DNA of 63,036 nt, filler included, from Octopus bimaculoides (taxonomy: Eukaryota): the NCBI RefSeq assembly GCF_001194135.2. It is 8 parts of 6 records of this genome, joined end to end, with 100 filler letters (N's around TTAATTAATTAA, not from the genome) between each part and the next. Parts side by side here need not be neighbours in the genome. Positions count along the whole stretch, not along the records: positions 20,384 to 45,663 come from NC_068981.1; 7 more parts are not named here. One strand, given 5' to 3'. Positions within the stretch are counted from its first letter, which is position 1. Each line of letters starts with the position of its first letter. Below, piece after piece: positions 23,279 to 34,300 of this stretch. A program made the position numbers and the translations under genes. The notes beneath the pieces were generated by a model that had not been told where the DNA came from, made no database searches, and saw only the letters and a program-made list of their open reading frames with translations.

Positions 23279-25615
23279 ATACAGTGTATCACACCGGTAT
23301 TACTTGGGCTACCTATGACAGATCAAAGATATATACAACATGAGACTGAATGTTAATTGCAACATTTGATTATACACATTGTTTATTTCAACAAGATAAT
23401 TTTTAAGGTTACTTGCTGGTCCCTCTCTCTCTTATTATTATAGTATAGATTACTGTATCTAGTGGTAATACAAACTAAATTTTTCATAATCATGATTATT
23501 TTTAATCTCTGCTCAATTTCCCATTGGTGGAAATATTAGACGAAAGGAAGATTTTGTAGGTTTTTTGGGGAAAAACTCCATCCAGTAGCTATCTTGAGTA
23601 TTTTGTTGAGTACTGTATTTTTTGCAGCATGTTATTAAAATCATACAAATCCACCCAAATGCCCTACACCTTCTAAGGCTGCTGGCAGTGAAGCTAAGTG
23701 CCACAAAAAGGTTATGATGTTCCATGAGAAGGTAAACTGCTGGATAATGTTCTGAGAAGGTAAAGTTATGCTGCAATAGGTCACTATTGTGTTGTCAACA
23801 AAAGCACCATATGCTACATAAAGAAGAACGAGGTGGCGATCAGGACCACCGTAGCAGTAAGTTTCTGTGAAAGAGACAAAAAGATAACGATAGTGAGAAA
23901 TAAGCACTTCGTCAGGATGGAATCTGTCTTGGCATTGTGGACCAGTGACTGCAAGAAGAAAAACTTCCCCTTGAGCGGTAACATCATCCGTGAGAAAGCA
24001 CAGAAATTATACTAGCAGTTTGACAAAAGAGACAAAGCAGAAGGCACCAAAGAACCACAACCAACACCATTGACAGTACCGGAGCCTGAAGATTTTCAAA
24101 CCAGCAAGGGATGGTTTGACCGTTTTCAGAAATGGTTTAAAATAAAGTGTGTTTCCCTACATGGAGAGACAGCATCAGCCAACAAAGAAGCCACTGAGAA
24201 GTACCTCAAGACCTTCAGGCAGATCATTGTTGACAAGGGATACAAGCCGGAACAGGTTTTCAGTATGGATGAGACTGGCTTGTTCTGGAAGAAGATGCCT
24301 TCGAGAACATATATCATGAAGGACAAAGCCAGAGCCCCAGCATTTAAGGCACAGAAGAACAAAGAGATGCTAATTATGTGTGGCAATGCTGCTGGCTTCA
24401 TGATGAAACCAGGATTTATCTACAAGTCCGCAAACCTGAGGGCCTTCAAAAATAAGAATAAAATCCTGCTGCCTGTCCACTAGATGCACAACCTCAAGGC
24501 CTGGATTACCAGAAGTCTAACTTTGAATTGGTTCCACCAATGCTTCATCCCTCAAGCCAAGTAATACCGCCAAAATATATGCATGGAATTCAAGGTGTTG
24601 CTTGTTATGGATAATGCTGGTGCTCACACTTTGGATCTGAATCACAAGGGAGTCTAAGTTGAGTTCCTCCCTGCCAACACCACCTCCCTCATTCAGCCTA
24701 TGGATCAAGGTGTGATCTGTGCCTTCAAGGCACTTTACACTCGGAACTCTTGAACACCTTGTGGACACAATGGATTCAGATGAGAATTTCAAGTTAAAGG
24801 AGTACTGGTGTAACTTCACAATCAAAACATGCCTGTCAGTCATCCACACTGCTCTTAAAAACATGAAAACAGAAACCCTCATCGCATGCTGGACGAATGT
24901 GTGGCCAGGACTATGAGGGTTTCTCACCTGAAGATGTTCAGCACAAGGCTGTCCACAATGCGGTGAAACAGGCAAAGTACTTGGCAAAGGTTTTGACAAC
25001 ATCATGAAAGATGAGGTCAATGACCTCATCCATGCCCATTCTGAAATCCTGACAGATAAAGATTTGTTGGAGTTAACAAAGTCTGCCAGTGGAGAGGAGG
25101 AAGTGCCAGATCCAGAGGAAGAAGTGGATGAGGTGAGCCTGGCAGTCAAACATCTGTCTGACCTTTTAAGGACAGCAAAGAAATTGCAAGGGAAGGTGGA
25201 AGCATGGGATCCCTATATGGCTCGGTCTCGCCAATTTAAAAATGCCATTGATGCTGCCATGCAGACATATAAAACTCTCTTCACCACCATGAAGAAACAA
25301 CGACAGCAACTTCCATCACAATTTTCCTCAAGGCCACCAAGAAAGTCTTGCACGAAGACATGACAACTCCTAAAACACCTGATGAAGAGGCATCACCTGA
25401 AGCGCTTTAAATCTTTTTTGCTGTGCAGTCATTACCTTCATTATTTTCATCATCATCCTTTTAAATCAATATCATTCATTACTGGTGAGTAACTGTACAT
25501 TTTACTTTATTTCTTATTAAATTACTATTAAATATTATATATATATATATATATAACGTCATATTTTGGCATTTATAGGCATTTTTATGGACCACATCCA
25601 ATATTCATGGATGCT
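22791..25615 (+). mobile_element. Tigger/pogo-family (Tc1/mariner) DNA transposon, degraded transposase; right TIR probably in the gap
   Basis: Left end CAGTGTACCCCCGTTT; HTH_Tnp_Tc5-like FQTSKGWFDRFQK, DDE_1-like QVFSMDETGLFWKKMPSRTYI, LLVMDNAGAH and LIQPMDQGVI; several stops and frameshifts. Confidence 0.9.
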
Positions 25616-26064
25616 NNNNNNNNNNNNNNNNNNNNNNNNNNNNNNNNNNNNNNNNNNNNNNNNNNNNNNNNNNNNNNNNNNNNNNNNNNNNNNNNNNNNN
25701 NNNNNNNNNNNNNNNNNNNNNNNNNNNNNNNNNNNNNNNNNNNNNNNNNNNNNNNNNNNNNNNNNNNNNNNNNNNNNNNNNNNNNNNNNNNNNNNNNNNN
25801 NNNNNNNNNNNNNNNNNNNNNNNNNNNNNNNNNNNNNNNNNNNNNNNNNNNNNNNNNNNNNNNNNNNNNNNNNNNNNNNNNNNNNNNNNNNNNNNNNNNN
25901 NNNNNNNNNNNNNNNNNNNNNNNNNNNNNNNNNNNNNNNNNNNNNNNNNNNNNNNNNNNNNNNNNNNNNNNNNNNNNNNNNNNNNNNNNNNNNNNNNNNN
26001 NNNNNNNNNNNNNNNNNNNNNNNNNNNNNNNNNNNNATATATAAATAAAACAAAGGTTCACATA

Positions 26065-26120
26065 TTTCTTGAAAGGATGCATACAAAATATGACTATTTT
26101 GTATGCATCCTTTCAAGAAA
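26065..26120. repeat. Perfect 26-bp inverted repeat with 4-nt loop
   Basis: tttcttgaaaggatgcatacaaaata-tgac-tattttgtatgcatcctttcaagaaa. Confidence 0.97.
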
Positions 26121-26214
26121 CATGTTAAAAACTCTGACATGGTTCTGCCCCATATAGCACATAACCAAATGCTTAGAATTACATATGAACTAGGGACTAG
26201 AACTGAAACATATA

Positions 26215-26793
26215 CCATAAATCCTCGAGTATAATCCGCATTTTTTCCTCCAAATTTAAAGGTCAAAATCCCTAGTGCGTACTATATACGAGGTTATAAA
26301 TGAAAAATATTTTCTGAGCAATGTTCGAGTCTCTATTTGCAGTCCGATAATGTTTATTCAGGCGCATTTTGTGATGTCGGGCATAAAAATACCTTAAGCT
26401 AAGCCTGAGAGCAATGAAGTCAAGAATCATAAAAGTCGTTTTGCGCTCCCGATCTGACTTTGATATGCAAATAGATTGTGTATGCATGGAATGAACTTGA
26501 TCCCCAGATTACTGTGAAAAATTTTATCAAATGTTGTATATCGTCTGCACTGGATCGTACTCAGGATGACGTTGTATGGAAAGATGAAATAAATGAAAGT
26601 GAATCTTCTGATGTTGACTATGAATCTGACGATGACGGAGATTTACATTACAATGATGCTGACATGTGTACGGAGGAACAAATGGAACAGTTATTTGATG
26701 CTGAAAGTTTTTGCTTTTGCTTTTGCAACTGATTGTGATAAATATGTAAAGGCAATTTACTTAATATTTATTTTTCACTGACGTTATTACTGT
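26215..26793 (+). mobile_element. pogo/Tc2-like deletion derivative (left end plus transposase C-terminus)
   Basis: TA + CCATAAATCCTCGAGTATAATCCGCA terminus with inverted subterminal GTGCGTACTATATACGAG; peptide AWNELDPQITVKNFIKCCISSALDRTQDDVVW is typical of pogo DDE C-termini. Confidence 0.75.
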
Positions 26794-27503
26794 NNNNNNN
26801 NNNNNNNNNNNNNNNNNNNNNNNNNNNNNNNNNNNNNNNNNNNNNNNNNNNNNNNNNNNNNNNNNNNNNNNNNNNNNNNNNNNNNNNNNNNNNNNNNNNN
26901 NNNNNNNNNNNNNNNNNNNNNNNNNNNNNNNNNNNNNNNNNNNNNNNNNNNNNNNNNNNNNNNNNNNNNNNNNNNNNNNNNNNNNNNNNNNNNNNNNNNN
27001 NNNNNNNNNNNNNNNNNNNNNNNNNNNNNNNNNNNNNNNNNNNNNNNNNNNNNNNNNNNNNNNNNNNNNNNNNNNNNNNNNNNNNNNNNNNNNNNNNNNN
27101 NNNNNNNNNNNNNNNNNNNNNNNNNNNNNNNNNNNNNNNNNNNNNNNNNNNNNNNNNNNNNNNNNNNNNNNNNNNNNNNNNNNNNNNNNNNNNNNNNNNN
27201 NNNNNNNNNNNNNNNNNNNNNNNNNNNNNNNNNNNNNNNNNNNNNNNNNNNNNNNNNNNNNNNNNNNNNNNNNNNNNNNNNNNNNNNNNNNNNNNNNNNN
27301 NNNNNNNNNNNNNNNNNNNNNNNNNNNNNNNNNNNNNNNNNNNNNNNNNNNNNNNNNNNNNNNNNNNNNNNNNNNNNNNNNNNNNNNNNNNNNNNNNNNN
27401 NNNNNNNNNNNNNNNNNNNNNNNNNNNNNNNNNNNNNNNNNNNNNNNNNNNNNNNNNNNNNNNNNNNNNNNNNNNNNNNACACATATATATATATATATA
27501 CAT

Positions 27504-27534
<31 letters not shown>

Positions 27535-28184
27535 CACATACACACACATACATATATAAGCATTTAATATACTAAAAATTATTTAGCATTAAACAGTGTT
27601 TATGTATCATTTCCAGCAAGTTTAAATTTGGTCATAATGCATTTCTAATTGCCTGCATTATGAACTGGATATATACTATGGATGGGTTTAAGACATTTCA
27701 AAACAGAGCTGGGAGTCAGAATTAGGAAGACTGGAAGTGATGTGTTTCCTCTGTTGCTTATAATCAATAAAATACAATTTATGATAAATGGTCTAAGAAC
27801 TGGTATGGAGAAATAGTATTTCAAATCATTTAAAACAACTTCTGAGTTTCACATAAATTCATAGTAACCCACAAGTTCAACATATAACATTCTAGACCTG
27901 GTTTATGAAATTTATGGCTCATCCATTATACTCATCAAATCTATTATTCACTGAACTTTTAAAAGGAGATATCCTCAAGGGCATTGCTTCTCTTTGTCTA
28001 TACATAAATAATGTTGTTTTTCACTGGCAAGCTTGTGCATAAATTTGCTGAGTTATGAACTCAAACTTACAAATGATACACTATATTTCATACAACCTAA
28101 TATATATATATATATGAAGAGAATACTGCTATTTTACTAAAAAAAACAAACTCATCAGTAAAAATAAGGAGTAAATAAACTTAC

Positions 28185-28321
28185 ATTTTTTGTATTTTTA
28201 GACACTGAGCTGTTGGTTGCTCTAATTCATCATGTGTGGAATGTGCTAAAAAGGCAGGTTTGGAAGCTATATTAAAAAGTTGGTGTTTTCCATTAAGATC
28301 TTCCCTTGCAGAGCCAGCATG
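28185..28321 (-). CDS. NUP188: NUP188 exon, last visible (HAGSAREDLNGK...QPTAQCLKIQK)
   Basis: tttcaag acceptor, gtaagt donor; open in phase 0 with weak similarity (poorly conserved linker). Confidence 0.7.
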
Positions 28322-31300
28322 CTTGAAAGTGAAAGTAAATAAAACAAAAATTACTGCTGCATCTAGTACCTGTCCAACATTGTTAGTAATGAATTATTTT
28401 AATTCTAGCAAAAAGCAACTTTCTGTACAGCCAAGTGAATGAACTTCAATATCTTACTGGTAGTTATTTTATAAATTCTCGGACAAATGAAAGCAAAGAA
28501 ATACTAGGCTGTTAGATAATATAAAACATTTAGTGCAGCACTATTATTGACCATTGTCTTTGTGCATTATACATTGATAATTATATCATATGTTAAGCTA
28601 TTTTTTACCGCCTTTTCAATTTGTAGTCAGCCTATTTTCTGATTCACTCACAGCAGATTATATTCATTTCATAACTTGCTAACCTCTGTAAAATGATTCC
28701 CTGAGCCCTTCTGAAAGTTTTCAAATGCAAATAAATCTAAATATAGCTGATTTTTAGACTAAAAGTCATGTAAAAAAAAATCTCAGTTTTCAAACTTCTA
28801 AACATTAACAATGGGATCAATCAACTATTAATCAGAGTAACAGAAACAACAGAGTTCTAAATAAACACTTTTATGGAATTTAAAGTTGTACTCTTATGTC
28901 CTGAGCTTGGGTAATTCAATTGATTGTACTTCTTTCCTTACAAACTCATGCCAATCTGATAAATATACATATTAATCAGTATTTTGCACAGTTTGACTAT
29001 TAACACAACTCCTTATAACTGCAGCAGATCATTTAACTGGTTAGATATACTTTTAGCTCCCTTTTTCCACTTATTATCTATTGTTCTTATCACAGCCTCT
29101 ATATTTTTTAACCTATTTGCTATTTCTATGCTGTATACTTCAAACTCTAAAACTATAAAAGGAAGGTAGGCAAAATAAAGAAAATAGCTGACCTCAAGTA
29201 AATACTGCAAGTATCGTGGTCGAACAAGAAGTGATACAAATGCTTGACACATGTACACAAAACTGGTCTGAAAAATATCAGTTATGATAACGGTAGAGAG
29301 AAACCTGTGCAGAAGTAACAGAACACATGTAGATCTTAAAGATAACAAAATGATCAACTTTGTTGTTGAAATAACAATTTTAAAAAGGTTTTTAAAAAGG
29401 TAAATTTCAGTAAATATTTGCAACTTTATGGTTTGTACTATTTCTTAACACAAGAAAATATCTGAAAAGTGACCATGTTTTTCAGAATATATGATAAACA
29501 TTTATGGTTACAATTAAATTTGTTCTAATAGTATATGAACATTTTAAGTTAGAAACATAATCTTTGTAACTTGTAGCTGCATTCACAGCATAAAAAGAAA
29601 AACATAAGATAAGTAGACTGTAAAATACATGGAAATTTCACAATACATTTGTTTTAAAAAAATGCCAAATATTCTGAAAGGTATAATAATATTTACCATA
29701 AGTTTACTGAGGACTTTTGGTAAATGAAACTTCCACTCTCTTGAATAAAATGACATTTGGTATATGAAGCCACATGTAGCCATAGCTTCCTTTAAGGCAG
29801 GTTCTGTTAGGTTGATACGAGCAAACTCTAAAGACTGAAATATAATGAATGTTGCGAATACTTTTAATTTGACATTTATTTAAGATGTAAACGTAATACT
29901 AGAATGAGGAGATGCTGTGGATGAGTTATAGATGGTGTCAGAGTGTGTCGTATGATAATCTAGTTTTGTCTGCCTACAACTGAATAGTTCATTAGCTATC
30001 TGTTTATCTGTGTAACAATTACTACTTCTTTGACAAATAGAAGTCAAGTGAAATTACATGTTTGATACAATCATCCCTACAAATGCTGCTGTCCATCACA
30101 TTTCTATTACCTAAACACAACAATAACAACTGAATTATCAAAATAATCAGATAAAAATTAGATTACCTGGCTAGAGTAGCTAAATTCTTTAAGTAGGTCA
30201 TTATCTAAAATTAGAAAAGGGAAAAAGGAAATACCTGAAGAAGTCTGTCTTGGTGAACTCCAATAAAATCAAGAGCCTCTTTCAAAAATGAATACTTAAG
30301 AGTCATCAGCATGGAAGCATATAAGCCAATGCAGTGGCAGAGTATATTGTCCCAGTTTTGATCATCAGATATATTCCTTTCCTGTGGAGGAACAATTGTT
30401 TTCAATTAGAGATGATTTATAACAGACACAGTCATAGTCAGTTCAATTATGTAAGCATATTTTAGTTTAACTGAGAAAAACATTTGACTTAGGTATCCCG
30501 GGTAACAGGAATTACAACTTTTTAGTTTACCATTTCATGAGTGCTTCTACAGTTTGCCTTTGTGTGTGCCTACCACATTTGAACTTGTGTCAACCTGATA
30601 GAGTGCAAGTCTTATCTACCTCTTGATTGCATTGATTATAAACTACAGTGTTTCTTCCCACATCAGGCAAAGCCATGGCTCAGATGATAATAAGATACTA
30701 TCCTCTCTGTTACTAGTTAGGCATCTTTCTCATGCTGACATTTAAACTTTTGTAAAGTTAGCCATTCTACCAAGTTTGGAACTGGGAAAATAATCTTAAC
30801 CTGCATTATTAGTTCAACTATTGTTGCCACCGGGTCTGTTATATATTGATTGAGCAACAATCAGTAAGTGGGTAAAGTTGATTTAAAGTCTATAAATATT
30901 TAACAGATCAAACTATGTACATAAGCAGAAACCCTGTTTATTTACATAAGAGGGATTGAATCTAAAAGCACATACACAATCTGTGCAGGTATGGCTGTGT
31001 GAGTAAGAAGCTTGCTTCCTAACCATTGGTCTTCAGTTCAGTTCAACTACACAGCACCTTGGGCAAGTGTCTTCTACTAAAGCCCTGGGCCTACCAAAGC
31101 CTTGTAAGTGGATTTAGCAAATAGAAACTGAAAAAAGCCCATTGTGTGTATGTGGGTGTATATGTGTGTAAGTATATTTATGTATGTTTGCATGTATTTT
31201 GTATAGACATCGTGTGATGGTTGAAAATGGACATCATCATCATAAAACTGAGGTTGTTTGTTTCCAATCTTCAATGAAAGATATATCTGTCTAGCTAATG

Positions 31301-34300
31301 GAAATATTACTTTGCCCAGAAACAGGTGGGGATTGATAACAAGAGGGGAATCTGGTCATAGACAATCTGCCTCAACAAATTGACCCATAGAAGCATGGAA
31401 AAGTGGGTGTTGAATGATAATGCTGATGATGAAGTTAAACTGAGCTGCATTCAGTGGTCAGTATGTGCAGTGTGAAATTTACTACATTCATGCAAGTATT
31501 GGTTAGAATTGTTCATCATTTGTTCAAGAAGTGATGAGTAAAAGTATTTTGTATTTAAAACACAAAATAATGTCTTACTTACTTTTGAAGAATTCAATTA
31601 AAACAAAATCTGTTTCTGACATATGAGAAAAATATAGAGAGAGGAAGTTCGTATTGATTAATTATATAATAAAGTTAACAATGACAAGTTATTATTTCTT
31701 ACTTACTCGGCCAGATGTTAAAAATTTCTGGGAAAGATCATCTGTATTGTATAGAGAACTGATGGATAAACACAGATGGTTTGCAAACCCTGCAGACATA
31801 AGGATATTAGCACCCTATAACAAATACAAAGAGATTATGAAATCAAGTAAATGCCTTTTTAATTGATTGTATATTTGCATTTCTGATTACTTCTATAATG
31901 AAATACATATTAATTTCGGTTATAATTATTTATGGAAATAGTATTAATAACATGTTAAAATGACCTTACACAAAGTAAAGTTAATTACAAATTCAATCAC
32001 TGACAATCAATTTTATATAAAGTAAATATTAAAAACTGCTTGATGTTGATTGATAAGAAATGGTTTCTGTTAGTTTACCTGTTCAGTTTTGGAAATTGTT
32101 AAGAGAAGAGTCAAAGAGGCATCGACGAACAGCAATCCTTGTTTGGACTTTAAAAGAGAAAATATACATCTTTATTAAATACACTCAAAGACCAGAGGAA
32201 AGCAGATAAAAATGTAGAACCTTTTTAGCAAAAGAAATAATTATACAGGTTCTTTTACGTTAACTCACATCATCATTATCATCATTATTATTATTATTAT
32301 TGAGGTGGCAAGTTGGCAGAATCTTTAGCACACTGGGCAAAATGCTTAGCAGCATTTCATTCATCTTCATGTTCTAATTTCAAATTCAGTTGAAGTTGAC
32401 TTTGCCTTTCACCTTTTTGGAATTGATAAAATAAATACCAGCTGAGTACTGGGGTTGATGTAAGCAACTTGCCCCTCCTCCAAACTTGCTGGCCTTGTGC
32501 CAAAATTTAAAATTATTCCAGGCGGCAAGCTGGTAGAATCGGTAGCATGCTGGGTGAAATACTTAGCAATATTTCATCCATCTTTATGTTCAGAGTTCAA
32601 ATTCTGCTGAGGTTGACTTTATCTTTCATCTTTCGGGGTCAATGAAATAAGTACCAGTCAAGAACTGGGGTCGATGCAATCGACTTAACCCCACCCCACC
32701 AAAAAAAAAATTTTAGGCCTTGTGCCTTTAGTAGAGAGGATTATTATTATCATTGTCAGATATCTGAGTTCAAATTCTGCCGAGGTTGACTTTGCCTTTC
32801 ATCCTTTTGGGGGGAGGTCAATGAAATAAGAACTTGTAATCAACTTATCCCCTCTCCCCAAATTGTTGGCCCTATGCTAAAATTTGAAATCATTACTATT
32901 ATCATCAGATATTGTAAAAGTTAATCAAATGAAATAATAGGCCAAATACGGACTATTATTACACTTGATGAGGTCAGGAGAGCAAGATAGTTTATTTTAT
33001 TTCAGACATTGTCATTTTATACCCAATCTGTATTACATCCTATTTCCTCTTTAAAAAGTCTAAACTTCAATTTGTAATTTGAAGGATTCCATAGTTTGAA
33101 TTCAGAAAAACTGTTCTAGCAGATGAATGAAAGTTTATTAATGGATAAGTTCAAGAGAGATTACTTACTTTAATCCACACTTCAACTGTTGCTAACAAGG
33201 TTGGGATCAACAAATGATTGTGTAATACAGATATCCATGAATTAGAATCTTTTAAGTTCTGAATAATTTCTTGTAGTAGAAGAACACTGGTCATTAGGAG
33301 CTAAAATGGAAAGTAAAACTTCAATGGTTGGACTGCTGCCGCCACCACCACCACCACCACCACCACCACCTACTACTACTGCTGCTGTTGAAGGTGGTGA
33401 GCTGGCAGAATCATTAGTATGCCAGGAAAAATGCTTAGTAGTATTTTGTCAGTCTGTACATTCTTGGTTCAAAATCCGCCAAGGTTGACTGCCTGTCATC
33501 CTTTCAAGGTTGATAAAATAAGTACCAGTTGAGCACTGAGGTCGATGCAATTGACTTACACCCACCCCTGAATTTCCTGGCAAAATTTGAAATTATTATT
33601 ATTTGAAAAGAGATAATACTATCTCACATGCTGACTTCAGGTAGTGAAATGAAAAGAGTAATGTGTAGATTTGTTGTTTTTAGCTGTTGAATATCCAGGC
33701 AACTCACATTGAAATCTGAAACAGAAGTTTGATTCACAAGCCCAATCATCCACATAAGCTTCTATATTTGATTTTTGTTTCATTAGCATTCAGAAAGAAA
33801 TTGTGGAGAATTGTAGGAATTTAATCATACATTATGTAGAATTGTAAACTATATAAATTATATATACAAGCAAGATTTTCTTGGATCTTCAGGTATATTA
33901 AAAAAGATAAAACATGAAGTAATAATGATTAAAAACATTTAATAGTCACAACTTACAAAATGCAGCTGAGAATAGGTTTAAAGAAACCTGATTTTACCTT
34001 GAGTTTTGTGTTCTGTTTTCTCTGCAGTGATGTCATTTGGTCTTTATCAGGGACTTCATCAGCAGTATCGGTTTGAAGCGGGAATAAGTTCCGCACACAC
34101 TCAAGTAGCATAGAACAGACTATTTTCAGAAGTGACACCAGACACTGTTCAGAAACTAGAAAGACAAGAATAAAAAAAATAAGAAAGTCTTTCACATTTA
34201 AGTAAAATACTTCAAACAATGTTATGACATTAACAAGTATCACAGGTACATCTTTAGTACAATTAAAAACAGAATAAAACAATCATCATCAAATATTATT

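Noticed and set aside
27830-27872. Second hammerhead (minus strand ...ctatgaatttatgtgaaactcagaagt...)
   Set aside because: Core is broken and stems I and II cannot form.
28236-28442. + strand 68-aa ORF
   Set aside because: Antisense shadow of NUP188 exon 28185-28321.
31654-31866. + strand 70-aa ORF with apparent AG/GT boundaries (PDVKNFWERSS...)
   Set aside because: It is antisense to a NUP188 exon (31707-31814) that has clear homology and phase fit; no partner exons found.
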